Source of the DNA: a virus
Taxonomy: Duplodnaviria > Heunggongvirae > Uroviricota > Caudoviricetes
DNA: 39,027 bases
Direction: 5' to 3' (one strand)
Virus record (IMG/VR): IMGVR_UViG_2531839663_000007
Positions 28,317 to 38,362 of this stretch are shown piece by piece (position 1 is the stretch's first letter; the number at the start of each line of letters is the position of its first letter). Below the pieces are notes generated by a model. That model was not told where the DNA came from and ran no database searches. It saw nothing but the letters and a program-made list of their open reading frames with translations. The position numbers and the translations under genes were made by a program.

Positions 28317-28883
28317 ATGCTTATTGGCTATGTACGCGTGTCAACAAATGACCAGAACACCGATTTGCAACGTAATGCACTGAACTGCGCGGGATGTGAG
28401 CGGATTTTTGAGGACAAAATCAGTGGCACTAAGTCCGACAGACCGGGGCTGAAAAAACTACTCAGGACACTATCGGCAGGAGACACGCTGGTTGTCTGGA
28501 AGCTGGACAGGTTGGGGCGCAGTATGCGGCATCTTGTTACGCTGATAGAAGAGTTGCGCCAGCGTGGTGTGAATTTCAGAAGCCTGACTGACAGTATTGA
28601 TACCAGTACCCCAATGGGCCGTTTCTTTTTTCATGTCATGGGTGCCCTGGCTGAAATGGAACGCGAACTGATAGTTGAACGTACCAGGGCAGGGCTGGCT
28701 GCAGCTCGTGCCAAAGGCAGAGTAGGTGGACGCCGTCCTAAGTTGACCACCGAACAGTGGGCACAGATTGGGCGTTTACTCGAGGCCGGAGAATCAAGAC
28801 AGCGTATTGCACTGATTTTTGATGTAGGCGTTTCTACCATTTATAGAAAATTTCCGGCAAATAAGATCAATGAATCCCCCTGA
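28317..28883 (+). CDS. Serine DNA invertase (Hin/Gin/Cin/Pin family), 188 aa
   Basis: N-terminus LIGYVRVSTNDQ with catalytic Ser, resolvase domain and C-terminal HTH (GVSTIYRKF); close recalled similarity to Hin. Confidence 0.9.
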   Translation: MLIGYVRVSTNDQNTDLQRNALNCAGCERIFEDKISGTKSDRPGLKKLLRTLSAGDTLVVWKLDRLGRSMRHLVTLIEELRQRGVNFRSLTDSIDTSTPMGRFFFHVMGALAEMERELIVERTRAGLAAARAKGRVGGRRPKLTTEQWAQIGRLLEAGESRQRIALIFDVGVSTIYRKFPANKINESP

Positions 28884-28931
28884 ATCAGCATTATGTTGAT
28901 TATCCCTGCAAGCAGACAAATACCGTTATTT

Positions 28932-28949
28932 TGTGTGAATAACGACACA
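28932..28949. promoter_or_regulatory. TGT-N12-ACA element (candidate Ogr/B-type late activator site) upstream of FI
   Basis: TGTGTGAATAACGACACA in the invertase/FI intergenic region. Confidence 0.4.
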
Positions 28950-29025
28950 ACTGCGCTTAGCTGTTTGTCAGGCACAATCACTTCAACATAGGGCGAAGCC
29001 TAATCCAATCAGGAGGTTCGCCACT

Positions 29026-30198
29026 ATGGCTCAGGATTACCACCACGGGGTGCGCGTTGTTGAAGTCAACGAAGGCACCCGATCTATTACCACGGTGAGC
29101 ACCGCCATCGTGGGTATGGTCTGCACGGGCGATGATGCCGATGCAAAAATGTTTCCTCTTAATAAACCCGTGCTGATCACTGATGTGCTGACTGCCAGCG
29201 GTAAAGCGGGTGAGTCAGGTACTCTGGCCCGTTCGCTGGATGCCATCGCTGACCAGGCAAAACCCGTGACCATTGTTGTGCGTGTGCCGCAGGGTGAAAC
29301 GGAAGACGAAACCACGACCAATATCATCGGCGCAGTGACTGCTGAAGGTAAAAAAACAGGTATGAAAGCCCTGTTATCTGCCCAGTCACAGCTCGGCGTT
29401 AAACCGCGCATTCTCGGCGTGCCAGGCCACGACACCAAGGCGGTAGCTACTGAGTTGCTGAGCGTGGCGCAAAGCCTGCGTGGATTTGCTTACCTGTCAG
29501 CGTATGGCTGCAAGACAGTGCAGGAGGCGATCACTTACCGCGAAAACTTCAGCCAGCGCGAAGGGATGCTGATCTGGCCTGACTTTACTGGCTGGGACAC
29601 GGTGCTGAATGCCGAAGCAACGGCATATGCCACCGCCCGTGCGCTTGGTCTGCGCGCCAAAATTGACGAGCAGACCGGATGGCACAAAAGCCTGTCCAAC
29701 GTGGGCGTGAACGGTGTCACCGGCATTTCTGCAGATGTGTTCTGGGATCTGCAGGACCCGGCAACCGATGCAGGTCTGCTGAACCAGAACGACGTCACCA
29801 CGCTTGTGCGTAAAGACGGTTTCCGCTTCTGGGGTTCCCGCTGCCTGAGTGATGACCCGCTCTTTGCCTTCGAAAACTACACCCGCACGGCGCAGGTGCT
29901 GATGGACACGATGGCAGAAGCACACATGTGGGCGGTGGATAAACCGCTTAACCCGTCGCTGGCCCGCGACATTATCGAAGGTATCCGCGCCAAAATGCGC
30001 AGCCTGGTCAGTCAGGGCTATCTCATTGGTGGTGATTGCTGGCTGGATGAGTCGGTGAACGACAAAGACACGCTGAAAGCCGGAAAACTCACCATCGACT
30101 ACGACTACACGCCAGTGCCGCCACTTGAAAACCTGATGCTGCGTCAGCGCATCACCGATCAGTACCTGGTGAATTTCGCCAGCCAGGTCAGCGCGTAA
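29026..30198 (+). CDS. FI: Tail sheath protein (P2 gpFI-like), 390 aa
   Basis: Position and size. Confidence 0.85.
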   Translation: MAQDYHHGVRVVEVNEGTRSITTVSTAIVGMVCTGDDADAKMFPLNKPVLITDVLTASGKAGESGTLARSLDAIADQAKPVTIVVRVPQGETEDETTTNIIGAVTAEGKKTGMKALLSAQSQLGVKPRILGVPGHDTKAVATELLSVAQSLRGFAYLSAYGCKTVQEAITYRENFSQREGMLIWPDFTGWDTVLNAEATAYATARALGLRAKIDEQTGWHKSLSNVGVNGVTGISADVFWDLQDPATDAGLLNQNDVTTLVRKDGFRFWGSRCLSDDPLFAFENYTRTAQVLMDTMAEAHMWAVDKPLNPSLARDIIEGIRAKMRSLVSQGYLIGGDCWLDESVNDKDTLKAGKLTIDYDYTPVPPLENLMLRQRITDQYLVNFASQVSA

Positions 30199-30207
30199 GG
30201 GGACAAC

Positions 30208-30723
30208 ATGGCTTTACCACGCAAATTAAAACACCTGAACCTGTTTAACGACGGGAACAACTGGCAGGGGATCGTTGAGTCGCTGACGCTGCCGAAATTT
30301 ACCCGCAAATATGAGAAGTATCGCGGCGGCGGAATGCCGGGTGCGGTGGATGTGGATCTGGGGCTTGATGACAGTGCGCTGGACACAGAATTTTCCATTG
30401 GTGGTACTGAACTGCTGCTGTTTAAGCAGATGGGCAAAGCCACGGTGGATGGCATCCAGCTGCGCTTTACCGGCTCTATTCAGCGTGACGATACCGGGGA
30501 AGTGCAGGCCGTGGAGCTTGTCGTGCGTGGACGTCACAAAGAAGTGGATTCCGGCGAGTGGAAGACGGGCGAAAGCAACACCACCAAAGTGACCAGTACC
30601 AACAGCTACGCGAAGCTGACCATCAATGGTGAGGTGCTCTATGAAGTGGACCTTATCAACATGGTGGAAATTGTGGACGGTGTGGACCTGATGGAAGCGC
30701 ACCGCAACGCCCTCGGCCTCTGA
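30208..30723 (+). CDS. FII: Tail tube protein (P2 gpFII-like), 171 aa
   Basis: Position and size. Confidence 0.85.
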   Translation: MALPRKLKHLNLFNDGNNWQGIVESLTLPKFTRKYEKYRGGGMPGAVDVDLGLDDSALDTEFSIGGTELLLFKQMGKATVDGIQLRFTGSIQRDDTGEVQAVELVVRGRHKEVDSGEWKTGESNTTKVTSTNSYAKLTINGEVLYEVDLINMVEIVDGVDLMEAHRNALGL

Positions 30724-30777
30724 TATATCTGAACGGCGCGGGATACCGCGCCAGAGCCCAATTGACAGGACAGCAAA

Positions 30778-31080
30778 ATGAGCGATAAGCAGACTGAAAA
30801 GACCATTCAACTGGATACCCCCATCAAGCGCGGTAAAACAGAAATCACCGAAATTGTGCTGCGTAAACCGCAGTCCGGTGCGCTGCGCGGTACACGCCTG
30901 CAGGCCATTATGGATATGGATGTAAACGCGATGATGACCGTGATCCCCCGCATCTCCAGTCCGGCACTGACTGCACAGGAAATTGCAGAGATGGACCCGG
31001 CAGATCTCACTGCCATGTCGGTTGAGGTTGTCACTTTTTTGTTGAAGAAGTCGGTGCTTGCCGGTTTACCGACAGCCTGA
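30778..31080 (+). CDS. E: Tail assembly chaperone (P2 gpE-like), 100 aa
   Basis: Position between tube and tape-measure genes; contains slippery heptamer near its 3' end. Confidence 0.8.
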   Translation: MSDKQTEKTIQLDTPIKRGKTEITEIVLRKPQSGALRGTRLQAIMDMDVNAMMTVIPRISSPALTAQEIAEMDPADLTAMSVEVVTFLLKKSVLAGLPTA

Positions 31081-31214
31081 CGGTTGACGATCTGGTGGCA
31101 GATATCGCCACCATTTTTCACTGGCCGCCATCCGTTACTGACGTTATGCCGCTGACCGAAGTGCTGGAATGGCGGTATAAAGCGATTCAGAGAAGCGGGG
31201 CCAACGATGAGTGA
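30778..31214 (+). CDS. E+E' fusion made by programmed -1 ribosomal frameshift at T-TTT-TTG (31,035-31,041)
   Basis: Slippery heptamer in the E frame; the -1 frame stays open to a TGA at 31,212-31,214 overlapping the T start. Confidence 0.6.
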
Positions 31215-34200
31215 TAACAACCTGCGTCTGCAGGTCATTCTTAATGCGGTTGACAAGCTCACCCGCCCATTTCGATCTGCGCAGGCCAGTTCAAGAGAAC
31301 TGGCTGCTGCTGTCAAAAAATCCCGCGATGCAATAAAGCAGCTTGATCAGGCCGGGAGCAGTCTGGACAGCTTCCGAAAGCTGCAGGCAGAAAATCAGAA
31401 ATTAGGCGACAGGCTGAACTATGCCCGCCAGCGTGCAAATTTGCTCAGTCAGGAACTGGGAGCGATGGGGCCGCCTTCGCAACGTCAGGTTGTTGCTCTG
31501 GGCCGTCAACGGCTGGCTGTTCAGCGCCTGGAAGAACGCCAGAAAAAGCTGCAGCAGCAGACGGCGCTTGTGCGTGCTGAACTGTACCGGGCGGGAATTT
31601 CTGCGAAAGACGATGCGGGAGCAACTGCCCGTTTAGCCCGTGAAACATCACGTTATAACCAGGAACTTTCGAAACAGGAGGCGCGGCTGAAGCGACTGGG
31701 GGAAGCTCAGCGCAGGATGAATGCAGCGCGTGCCAGTTATGCCCGTTCGCTGGAGGTGCGTGATCGTATTGCAGGTGCCGGAGCCACCACCACGGCTGCA
31801 GGGCTGGCAATGGGTGCGCCAGTGATGGCGGCAGTAAAAAGCTATACCAGCATGGAAGATGCCATGAAAGGTGTGGCAAAGCAGGTCAATGGTCTGCGTG
31901 ACGATAATGGCAACCGCACTGCACGTTTTTATGAAATGCAGGATGCCATCAAGGCTGCCAGCGAACAGTTGCCGATGGAAAACGGTGCGGTGGACTTCGC
32001 TGCACTGGTTGAAGGTGGTGCGCGCATGAACGTCGCAAACCCTGACGACAGCTGGGAAGATCAGAAACGTGACCTGCTGGCCTTCGCCAGTACGGCAGCA
32101 AAGGCGGCAACAGCCTTTGAGCTGCCAGCGGATGAACTGTCAGAAAGTCTGGGGAAAATCGCCCAGCTCTACAAAATCCCCACCCGCAATATTGAACAGC
32201 TCGGTGATGCGCTGAACTATCTGGATGATAACGCCATGTCGAAAGGGGCAGACATCATTGATGTGATGCAACGTCTGGGCGGTGTGGCTGACCGTCTGGA
32301 TTATCGTAAAGCGGCGGCGCTGGGTTCCACCTTCCTGACACTGGGCGCTGCGCCAGAGGTTGCAGCCAGTGCAGCAAACGCGATGGTGCGTGAATTGTCC
32401 ATTGCCACCATGCAAAGCAAGAGTTTCTTTGAAGGGATGAATCTGCTGAAACTCAATCCTGAAGTGATTGAAAAGCAGATGACGAAGGATGCGATGGGAA
32501 CCATCCAGCGCGTGCTGGAGAAGGTAAACGCGCTGCCGCAGGACAAGCGCCTGTCTGCCATGACTATGTTGTTTGGTAAAGAGTTTGGCGATGACGCGGC
32601 GAAACTGGCAAACAACCTGCCGGAACTGCAGCGTCAGTTAAAACTGACAGCGGGCAATGATGCGCTCGGCTCCATGCAGAAAGAATCCGACATTAACAAG
32701 GATTCACTTTCTGCGCAGTGGTTGCTGGTCAAAACCGGAGCGCAGAACACCTTCAGCAGCCTGGGCGAAACGCTGCGCCAGCCGCTGATGGATATTCTGT
32801 ACACGGTGAAAAGCGTCACGGAGGCGTTGCGTCGCTGGGTGGAAGCTAACCCGGAACTGACAGGCACACTGATGAAAGCATCGGCTGTTGTGGCTGCGGT
32901 TACCGTCGGCCTCGGCACCTTAGCGGTGGCGCTGGCTGCAGTGCTGGGGCCGCTGGCAGTGATCCGTCTGGGATTCTCTGTGTTGGGTATCAAAACGTTA
33001 TCTTCCGTTACGGCAGCAGTAACTCGAACCAGCAGCGCGTTGTCCTGGCTGGCTGGCGCACCACTGGCACTGCTGCGACGCGGGCTTGCTTCATCGGGCA
33101 ACGCCGCAGGTTTACTTACTGCGCCGTTGTCGTCTTTGCGCCGCACGGCATCACTGACGGGAAATGTCCTGAAAACTGTAGCAGGTGCGCCGGTTGCACT
33201 TTTGCGGTCTGGATTATCCGGTTTACGTGCTGTTGCTGTGATGTTTATGAATCCTCTGGCGGTACTGCGCGGTGGACTGGCCGCCGCAGGCACGGTGCTG
33301 CGAGTACTGGCATCTGGTCCACTGGCGATGCTGCGCGTTGCCCTGTATGCCATATCTGGTCTGTTAGGTGCTCTGCTTAGTCCGATAGGTCTTGTGGTTA
33401 CTGCACTGGCGGGTGTGGCGCTGGTTGTCTGGAAATACTGGCAACCCATCACCGCATTTCTCGGTGGCGTGGTGGAAGGATTCAAAGCGGCGGCAGGTCC
33501 CATCAGTGCAGCGTTTGAACCACTTAAGCCCGTGTTCCAGTGGATTGGCGACAAAGTGCAGGCGCTGTGGGGCTGGTTTACTGATCTGCTGACGCCTGTT
33601 AAGTCGACCTCTGCCGAACTGCAGAGCGCAGCGGCAATGGGGCGACGATTCGGGGAGGCACTGGCGGAAGGGCTGAATATGGTCATGCATCCGCTGGACT
33701 CCCTGAAATCCGGCGTTTCCTGGTTGCTGGATAAACTCGGCATTGTCAGTAAAGAGGCTGCAAAGGCGAAACTGCCGGAAAGCGTGACGCGTCAGCAACC
33801 TGCGACGGTGAATGCAGACGGTAAAGTGATGATGCCATCGGGTGGTTTTCCGTCATGGGGATATGGCTTTGCGGGGATGTATGACAGCGGCGGCTATATC
33901 CCGCGCGGGCAGTTTGGCATCGTCGGTGAAAACGGGCCGGAAATTGTCAACGGCCCGGCAAACGTGACCAGCCGGAGAAATACCGCTGCACTGGCTGCGG
34001 TTGTTGCCGGAATGATGGGCGTTGCTGCCGCGCCTACAGAGCTTCCACCGTTACATCCTTTGGCACTTCCCGCGAAAGGCGGCGAAGCGATGGTGAGTCG
34101 TGCAGCCACTGTGCCGCCCGTTCAACGGATTGAGGCACCGACGCAGATCATCATTCAGACGCAGCCAGGACAAAGTGCGCAGGATATTGCGCGGGAGGTG

Positions 34201-34284
34201 GCCCGCCAGCTTGATGAACGTGAACGCAGGCTGAAGGCAAAAGCTAGGAGTAACTACAGCGATCAGGGGGGATACGACGCATGA
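31207..34284 (+). CDS. T: Tail tape measure protein (P2 gpT-like), 1025 aa
   Basis: Very long Ala/Leu-rich protein with coiled-coil and hydrophobic central region; position. Confidence 0.85.
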   Translation: MSDNNLRLQVILNAVDKLTRPFRSAQASSRELAAAVKKSRDAIKQLDQAGSSLDSFRKLQAENQKLGDRLNYARQRANLLSQELGAMGPPSQRQVVALGRQRLAVQRLEERQKKLQQQTALVRAELYRAGISAKDDAGATARLARETSRYNQELSKQEARLKRLGEAQRRMNAARASYARSLEVRDRIAGAGATTTAAGLAMGAPVMAAVKSYTSMEDAMKGVAKQVNGLRDDNGNRTARFYEMQDAIKAASEQLPMENGAVDFAALVEGGARMNVANPDDSWEDQKRDLLAFASTAAKAATAFELPADELSESLGKIAQLYKIPTRNIEQLGDALNYLDDNAMSKGADIIDVMQRLGGVADRLDYRKAAALGSTFLTLGAAPEVAASAANAMVRELSIATMQSKSFFEGMNLLKLNPEVIEKQMTKDAMGTIQRVLEKVNALPQDKRLSAMTMLFGKEFGDDAAKLANNLPELQRQLKLTAGNDALGSMQKESDINKDSLSAQWLLVKTGAQNTFSSLGETLRQPLMDILYTVKSVTEALRRWVEANPELTGTLMKASAVVAAVTVGLGTLAVALAAVLGPLAVIRLGFSVLGIKTLSSVTAAVTRTSSALSWLAGAPLALLRRGLASSGNAAGLLTAPLSSLRRTASLTGNVLKTVAGAPVALLRSGLSGLRAVAVMFMNPLAVLRGGLAAAGTVLRVLASGPLAMLRVALYAISGLLGALLSPIGLVVTALAGVALVVWKYWQPITAFLGGVVEGFKAAAGPISAAFEPLKPVFQWIGDKVQALWGWFTDLLTPVKSTSAELQSAAAMGRRFGEALAEGLNMVMHPLDSLKSGVSWLLDKLGIVSKEAAKAKLPESVTRQQPATVNADGKVMMPSGGFPSWGYGFAGMYDSGGYIPRGQFGIVGENGPEIVNGPANVTSRRNTAALAAVVAGMMGVAAAPTELPPLHPLALPAKGGEAMVSRAATVPPVQRIEAPTQIIIQTQPGQSAQDIAREVARQLDERERRLKAKARSNYSDQGGYDA

Positions 34285-34766
34285 TGATGGTGCTGGGATT
34301 GTACGTGTTTATGCTGCGCACCGTGCCGTATCAGGAGCTGCAGTATCAACGCAGCTGGCGACATGCGGCAAACAGCCGGGTAAACCGACGTCCGTCCACG
34401 CAGTTTCTGGGACCGGACAACGACATGCTGACGCTTTCCGGTGTTCTTATGCCGGAGATAACAGGTGGCAGGATGTCGTTGCTGGCACTGGAGCAGATGG
34501 CAGAACAGGGGAAAGCATGGCCCCTGATTGAAGGCAGCGGCACGATTTATGGCATGTATGTGATTGAGGGACTGAATCAGACTAAAACGGAGTTTTTCCG
34601 CGATGGTATGCCGCGCCGGATTGAGTTTACCCTGTCGCTCAAACGGGTGGATGAATCCCTGTCCGATATGTTCGGTGATCTCAGTGCGCAGCTGAATAAT
34701 TTGCAGGATACGGCAACGTCTGCCTTAAGCGATATCAGTAAAACGGTGGGAGGGCTGCTGTCGTGA
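34281..34766 (+). CDS. U: Tail protein (P2 gpU-like), 161 aa
   Basis: Position and size; ATGA overlap. Confidence 0.8.
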   Translation: MMMVLGLYVFMLRTVPYQELQYQRSWRHAANSRVNRRPSTQFLGPDNDMLTLSGVLMPEITGGRMSLLALEQMAEQGKAWPLIEGSGTIYGMYVIEGLNQTKTEFFRDGMPRRIEFTLSLKRVDESLSDMFGDLSAQLNNLQDTATSALSDISKTVGGLLS

Positions 34767-35863
34767 ATTTCAGCTCTGAACTGCTTAACAAAGGCAACAA
34801 AACTCCCGCATTCAGCATCAGTATTGAGGGGAAGGATATCACCACTGTGCTGGATAACCGCCTGATGAGTCTGACGTTGACGGACAATCGGGGCTTTGAA
34901 GCAGACCAGCTTGATCTGGAGCTGGACGACGCCGACGGAAAAATCGTGCTGCCGCGCCGTGGTGCGGTCATCACGCTGGCGCTGGGCTGGAAGGGGCAGC
35001 CGCTTTTCCCGAAAGGGGCATTCACGGTGGACGAGATTGAACACACCGGCGCACCGGATCGCCTGACTATCCGGGCGCGAAGTGCTGATTTTAGGGAAAC
35101 GCTGAATACCCGCCGTGAAAAATCGTGGCACAAGACCACTGTCGGGGAAGTGGTGAAGGAAATAGCCGCGCGTCATAAGCTGAAGATGGCACTGGGTAAA
35201 GACCTGTCGGATAAGCCCGTGGAGCATATAGACCAGACTAATGAGAGTGACGGCAGTTTTCTGATGCGGCTGGCGCGCCAGTACGGTGCCATCGCGTCGG
35301 TGAAAAATGGCAATCTGTTATTCATCCGGCAGGGACAGGGCAAAAGCGCCAGCGGTAAACCTCTGCCGGTGATCTCAATCACACGTAAGGACGGCGACAG
35401 TCACCGCTTTACCCTGGCAGATCGCGGAGCCTACACGGGCGTAATTGCCAGTTGGTTGCATACCCGCGAACCCGCGAAGAAAGAAAGCACCACGGTGAAG
35501 CGTAAGCGCAGGACTAAGAAGCAGAAGAAAGAGCCGGAAGCGAAGCAGGGCGATTACCTGGTGGGTACGGATGAAAACGTGCTGGTACTTAATCGCACTT
35601 ATGCCAACCGGAGCAACGCCGAACGGGCAGCGAAAATGCAGTGGGAACGCCTGCAACGCGGAGTTGCGTCATTCTCGCTACAACTGGCGGAAGGGCGGGC
35701 AGATCTCTACACGGAAATGCCAGTGAAAGTCAGTGGCTTTAAACAGCCGATAGATGATGCGGAATGGACCATTACGACTCTGACGCATACCGTCAGCCCG
35801 GATAACGGTTTTACGACCAGTCTGGAGCTTGAAGTGAGGATTGATGATTTCGAAATGGAATGA
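34763..35863 (+). CDS. D: Tail protein / late control gene D product (P2 gpD-like), 366 aa
   Basis: Position and size. Confidence 0.8.
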   Translation: MNFSSELLNKGNKTPAFSISIEGKDITTVLDNRLMSLTLTDNRGFEADQLDLELDDADGKIVLPRRGAVITLALGWKGQPLFPKGAFTVDEIEHTGAPDRLTIRARSADFRETLNTRREKSWHKTTVGEVVKEIAARHKLKMALGKDLSDKPVEHIDQTNESDGSFLMRLARQYGAIASVKNGNLLFIRQGQGKSASGKPLPVISITRKDGDSHRFTLADRGAYTGVIASWLHTREPAKKESTTVKRKRRTKKQKKEPEAKQGDYLVGTDENVLVLNRTYANRSNAERAAKMQWERLQRGVASFSLQLAEGRADLYTEMPVKVSGFKQPIDDAEWTITTLTHTVSPDNGFTTSLELEVRIDDFEME

Positions 35864-35953
35864 TTCTTCGCAATGGAGAACTTTTAAGTTTGCAAAATGG
35901 AATAATGCGGTATCATTATTGTGAATTTAGCAAAAATGGGGAGAACTCGAAAA

Positions 35954-36172
35954 ATGATGATTTGCCCACTGTGTGGAAGTGCCGCCCATACTCGCAGCAG
36001 TTTTCAGGTATCTTCATTGACCAAAGAGCGTTACAACCAGTGCCAGAATATTAACTGCAGCCATACTTTTGTAACCCATGAAACTTTTGTTCGTTCGATT
36101 GCAACGCCAAAAGAGTCAAATCCGGTTCAGCCGCATCCAATGAAATCAGGACAGGTGGCGCTCTCTCTTTGA
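35954..36172 (+). CDS. ogr: Ogr/B-type zinc-finger late-gene transcription activator, about 72 aa
   Basis: CPLCGSAAH...CQNINCSHTF zinc-finger pattern as in P2 Ogr; last prophage gene before host DNA. Confidence 0.85.
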   Translation: MMICPLCGSAAHTRSSFQVSSLTKERYNQCQNINCSHTFVTHETFVRSIATPKESNPVQPHPMKSGQVALSL

Positions 36173-36252
36173 CGCTGCCGCCAATTTGTCGCCATCATTA
36201 AAAAACAGTGCGTCTAACATCATGATTTTAAAAGGCATAAATTTCAGGCAAC

Positions 36253-36295
36253 AAAAAACCCATCAACCTTGAACCGAAATGGCGGGGTTGATGGG
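36253..36295 (-). terminator. Probable rho-independent terminator downstream of ybjL
   Basis: 10-bp stems CCCATCAACC/GGTTGATGGG with loop, followed on the minus strand by TTTTTT. Confidence 0.4.
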
Positions 36296-36407
36296 CTCCA
36301 CAAAATGGGGACATCAAAGAAAAGCAGTGGCACTAATTAAGACTGATGCCCTGCGGAAAAGTTCTGCGGTTGTGCAAAAAAATTTCATTTTCAGGGCAAC
36401 TTCAGTT

Positions 36408-38093
36408 TTATCCTAATCCTGGCCATACCATGACGATGATTGTCCCTGCCAGCGTCAGCAGGACGTTGGCGATTGCATAGGTGCCCGCATAGCCCAGCGC
36501 CGGGATGTTACTGCGAGCTGTATCACTGATGATCTCCATTGCCGGCGCGCAGGTACGTGCGCCCATCATTGCGCCGAACAACAGCGCGCGGTTCATTCGC
36601 AATACATAAGCACCGAACAAGAAACAGATAACCACGGGCACCAGACTGACAATCAATCCGGCAATCAACATCTGACCGCCAATCGCGCCCAGGCCGTTAT
36701 TAATACCGCTACCGGCGCTCAGACCAACGCCTGCCATAAACACCATCAAGCCGAACTCTTTCACCATGCTTAATGCACCCTGCGGAATGTAACCGAAGGT
36801 CGGGTGGTTAGCACGCATAAAGCCCAGCATAATTCCGGCGAATAACAACCCGGCAGCGTTCCCCATGCCGAAACTGAATGTGCTGAACTGGAAGGTGATC
36901 ATCCCGATCATCAGCCCAATAACAAAGAAGGCGCAGAATGCCAGCAGGTCAGTGACCTGGCTGTGAATCGAGATAAAGCCGATGCGATCGGCGATGGTTT
37001 TTACGCGGCGGGCATCGCCGCTGACTTGTAAAACGTCACCTTTGTTAAGCACGACGTTGTCATCTATCGGCATCTCAATCTGGCTACGAATGACGCGGTT
37101 AAGGAAGCAACCGTGATCGGTCAACTTCAGTTGTGCGAGACGTTTACCTACAGCGTTATGGTTTTTAACGACCACTTCTTCAGTGACGATACGCATGTCG
37201 AGAAGGTCACGATCGAAAACTTCTTTACCGTTACGGAAGCTGGGATCGAGTCGGGCATGGGCGTCGGGATAGCCTACCAACGCTATTTCATCGCCCATTT
37301 GTAGCACGGCATCACCGTCTGGATTTGCCAGAATCCCGTTACGTCGAATACGTTCAATGTAGCAGCCGGTTTGTCGATAAATACCCAGTTCACGCAGATT
37401 TTTGCCGTCGGTCCAGGCCACCAGTTCCGGGCCGACGCGATAGGCGCGGATCACCGGTAAATAAACCTTACGGTTGGCATCAGTGTCCAGGCCACGTTCG
37501 CGGGCGATTTGCTGGGCGCTGGTCTGTAAGTCCTGATGCTGCAATTTCGGCAAGTAACGCGCACCAACAATCAAACTCACCAGACCGATTAAATAGGTTA
37601 AGGCATACCCGAGGCTCAGATTATCCAGTGCCAGTGAGAGCTGCCTGCTTTCCATGCCGGAATGACGCAGTGTATCGCCAGCACCGACCAGAACCGGTGT
37701 CGACGTCATAGAGCCTGCTAACATACCGGCCGTCAGGCCAATATCCCAGCCAAACAGCTTACCTAACCCTAAGGCGATCACCAGCGCACTGCCAACCATC
37801 ACCAGTGCTAACATTAGGTAATTTTTCCCATCGCGAAAAAAAATGGAAAAAAAGTTCGGTCCGGCTTCGACCCCGACGCAGAAAATAAACAGCATAAAGC
37901 CAAGATTAAGCGCATCGGTGTTAATGCTGAAATGTTGTTGGCCTAATAACAGCGATACGACTAAAACGCCAATGGAATTACCCAGTTGGATCGAACCAAG
38001 TCGTAACTTTCCGAGACATAGCCCAAGCGCGAGGACCACAAATAATAACAGAATGTAATTCCCATTTAACAATTCGGCGACGTTTATATTCAC
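36408..38093 (-). CDS. ybjL: Putative transport protein YbjL (AAE-family transporter), 561 aa
   Basis: Recognised E. coli YbjL sequence and neighbourhood with ybjM and grxA. Confidence 0.9.
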
Positions 38094-38362
38094 GGAGGCT
38101 AACTTCTTGTTTACTAGTAAGCTGTTGAAAGAAATGGTAATTTACGATAATGTTTTTTACCAGAATTCAGGGCGCAGATTCATTCAGCGCACCTAAACGA
38201 TAGTAAAGTAACAATATATTTTACTAGTGTAATCACATTAGGTATCAACGGCTATATGAATTGCGTTGGCCTATATTAGCATGGAATGCGAAGCGGCTTT
38301 ATCTTACTGAACGCCACACTGGCGAAAAATGTGTTCGATAGACGCAGTGTCAGGAGGAACGA

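Larger units (their letters stand above)
1..36200. mobile_element. P2/186-family prophage, integrase end to Ogr end; left att lies at or beyond the window start, right boundary approximate
   Basis: Contiguous P2-like gene order (int, C, cox/apl, cII, A, Q, P, O, N, M, L, X, lysis, R, S, V, W, J, I, H, tfa, FI, FII, E, T, U, D, ogr) followed by host ybjL/ybjM/grxA. Confidence 0.9.

Noticed and set aside
32634-33743. 369-aa minus-strand ORF inside the tape-measure gene
   Set aside because: Lies entirely antisense to the well-supported gpT gene; Ala/Arg/Pro/Ser-rich low-complexity translation typical of GC-rich antisense frames.
36173-36407. Possible tRNA gene at the prophage-host junction
   Set aside because: No cloverleaf-compatible sequence or conserved tRNA motifs seen; the hairpin present fits a terminator better.
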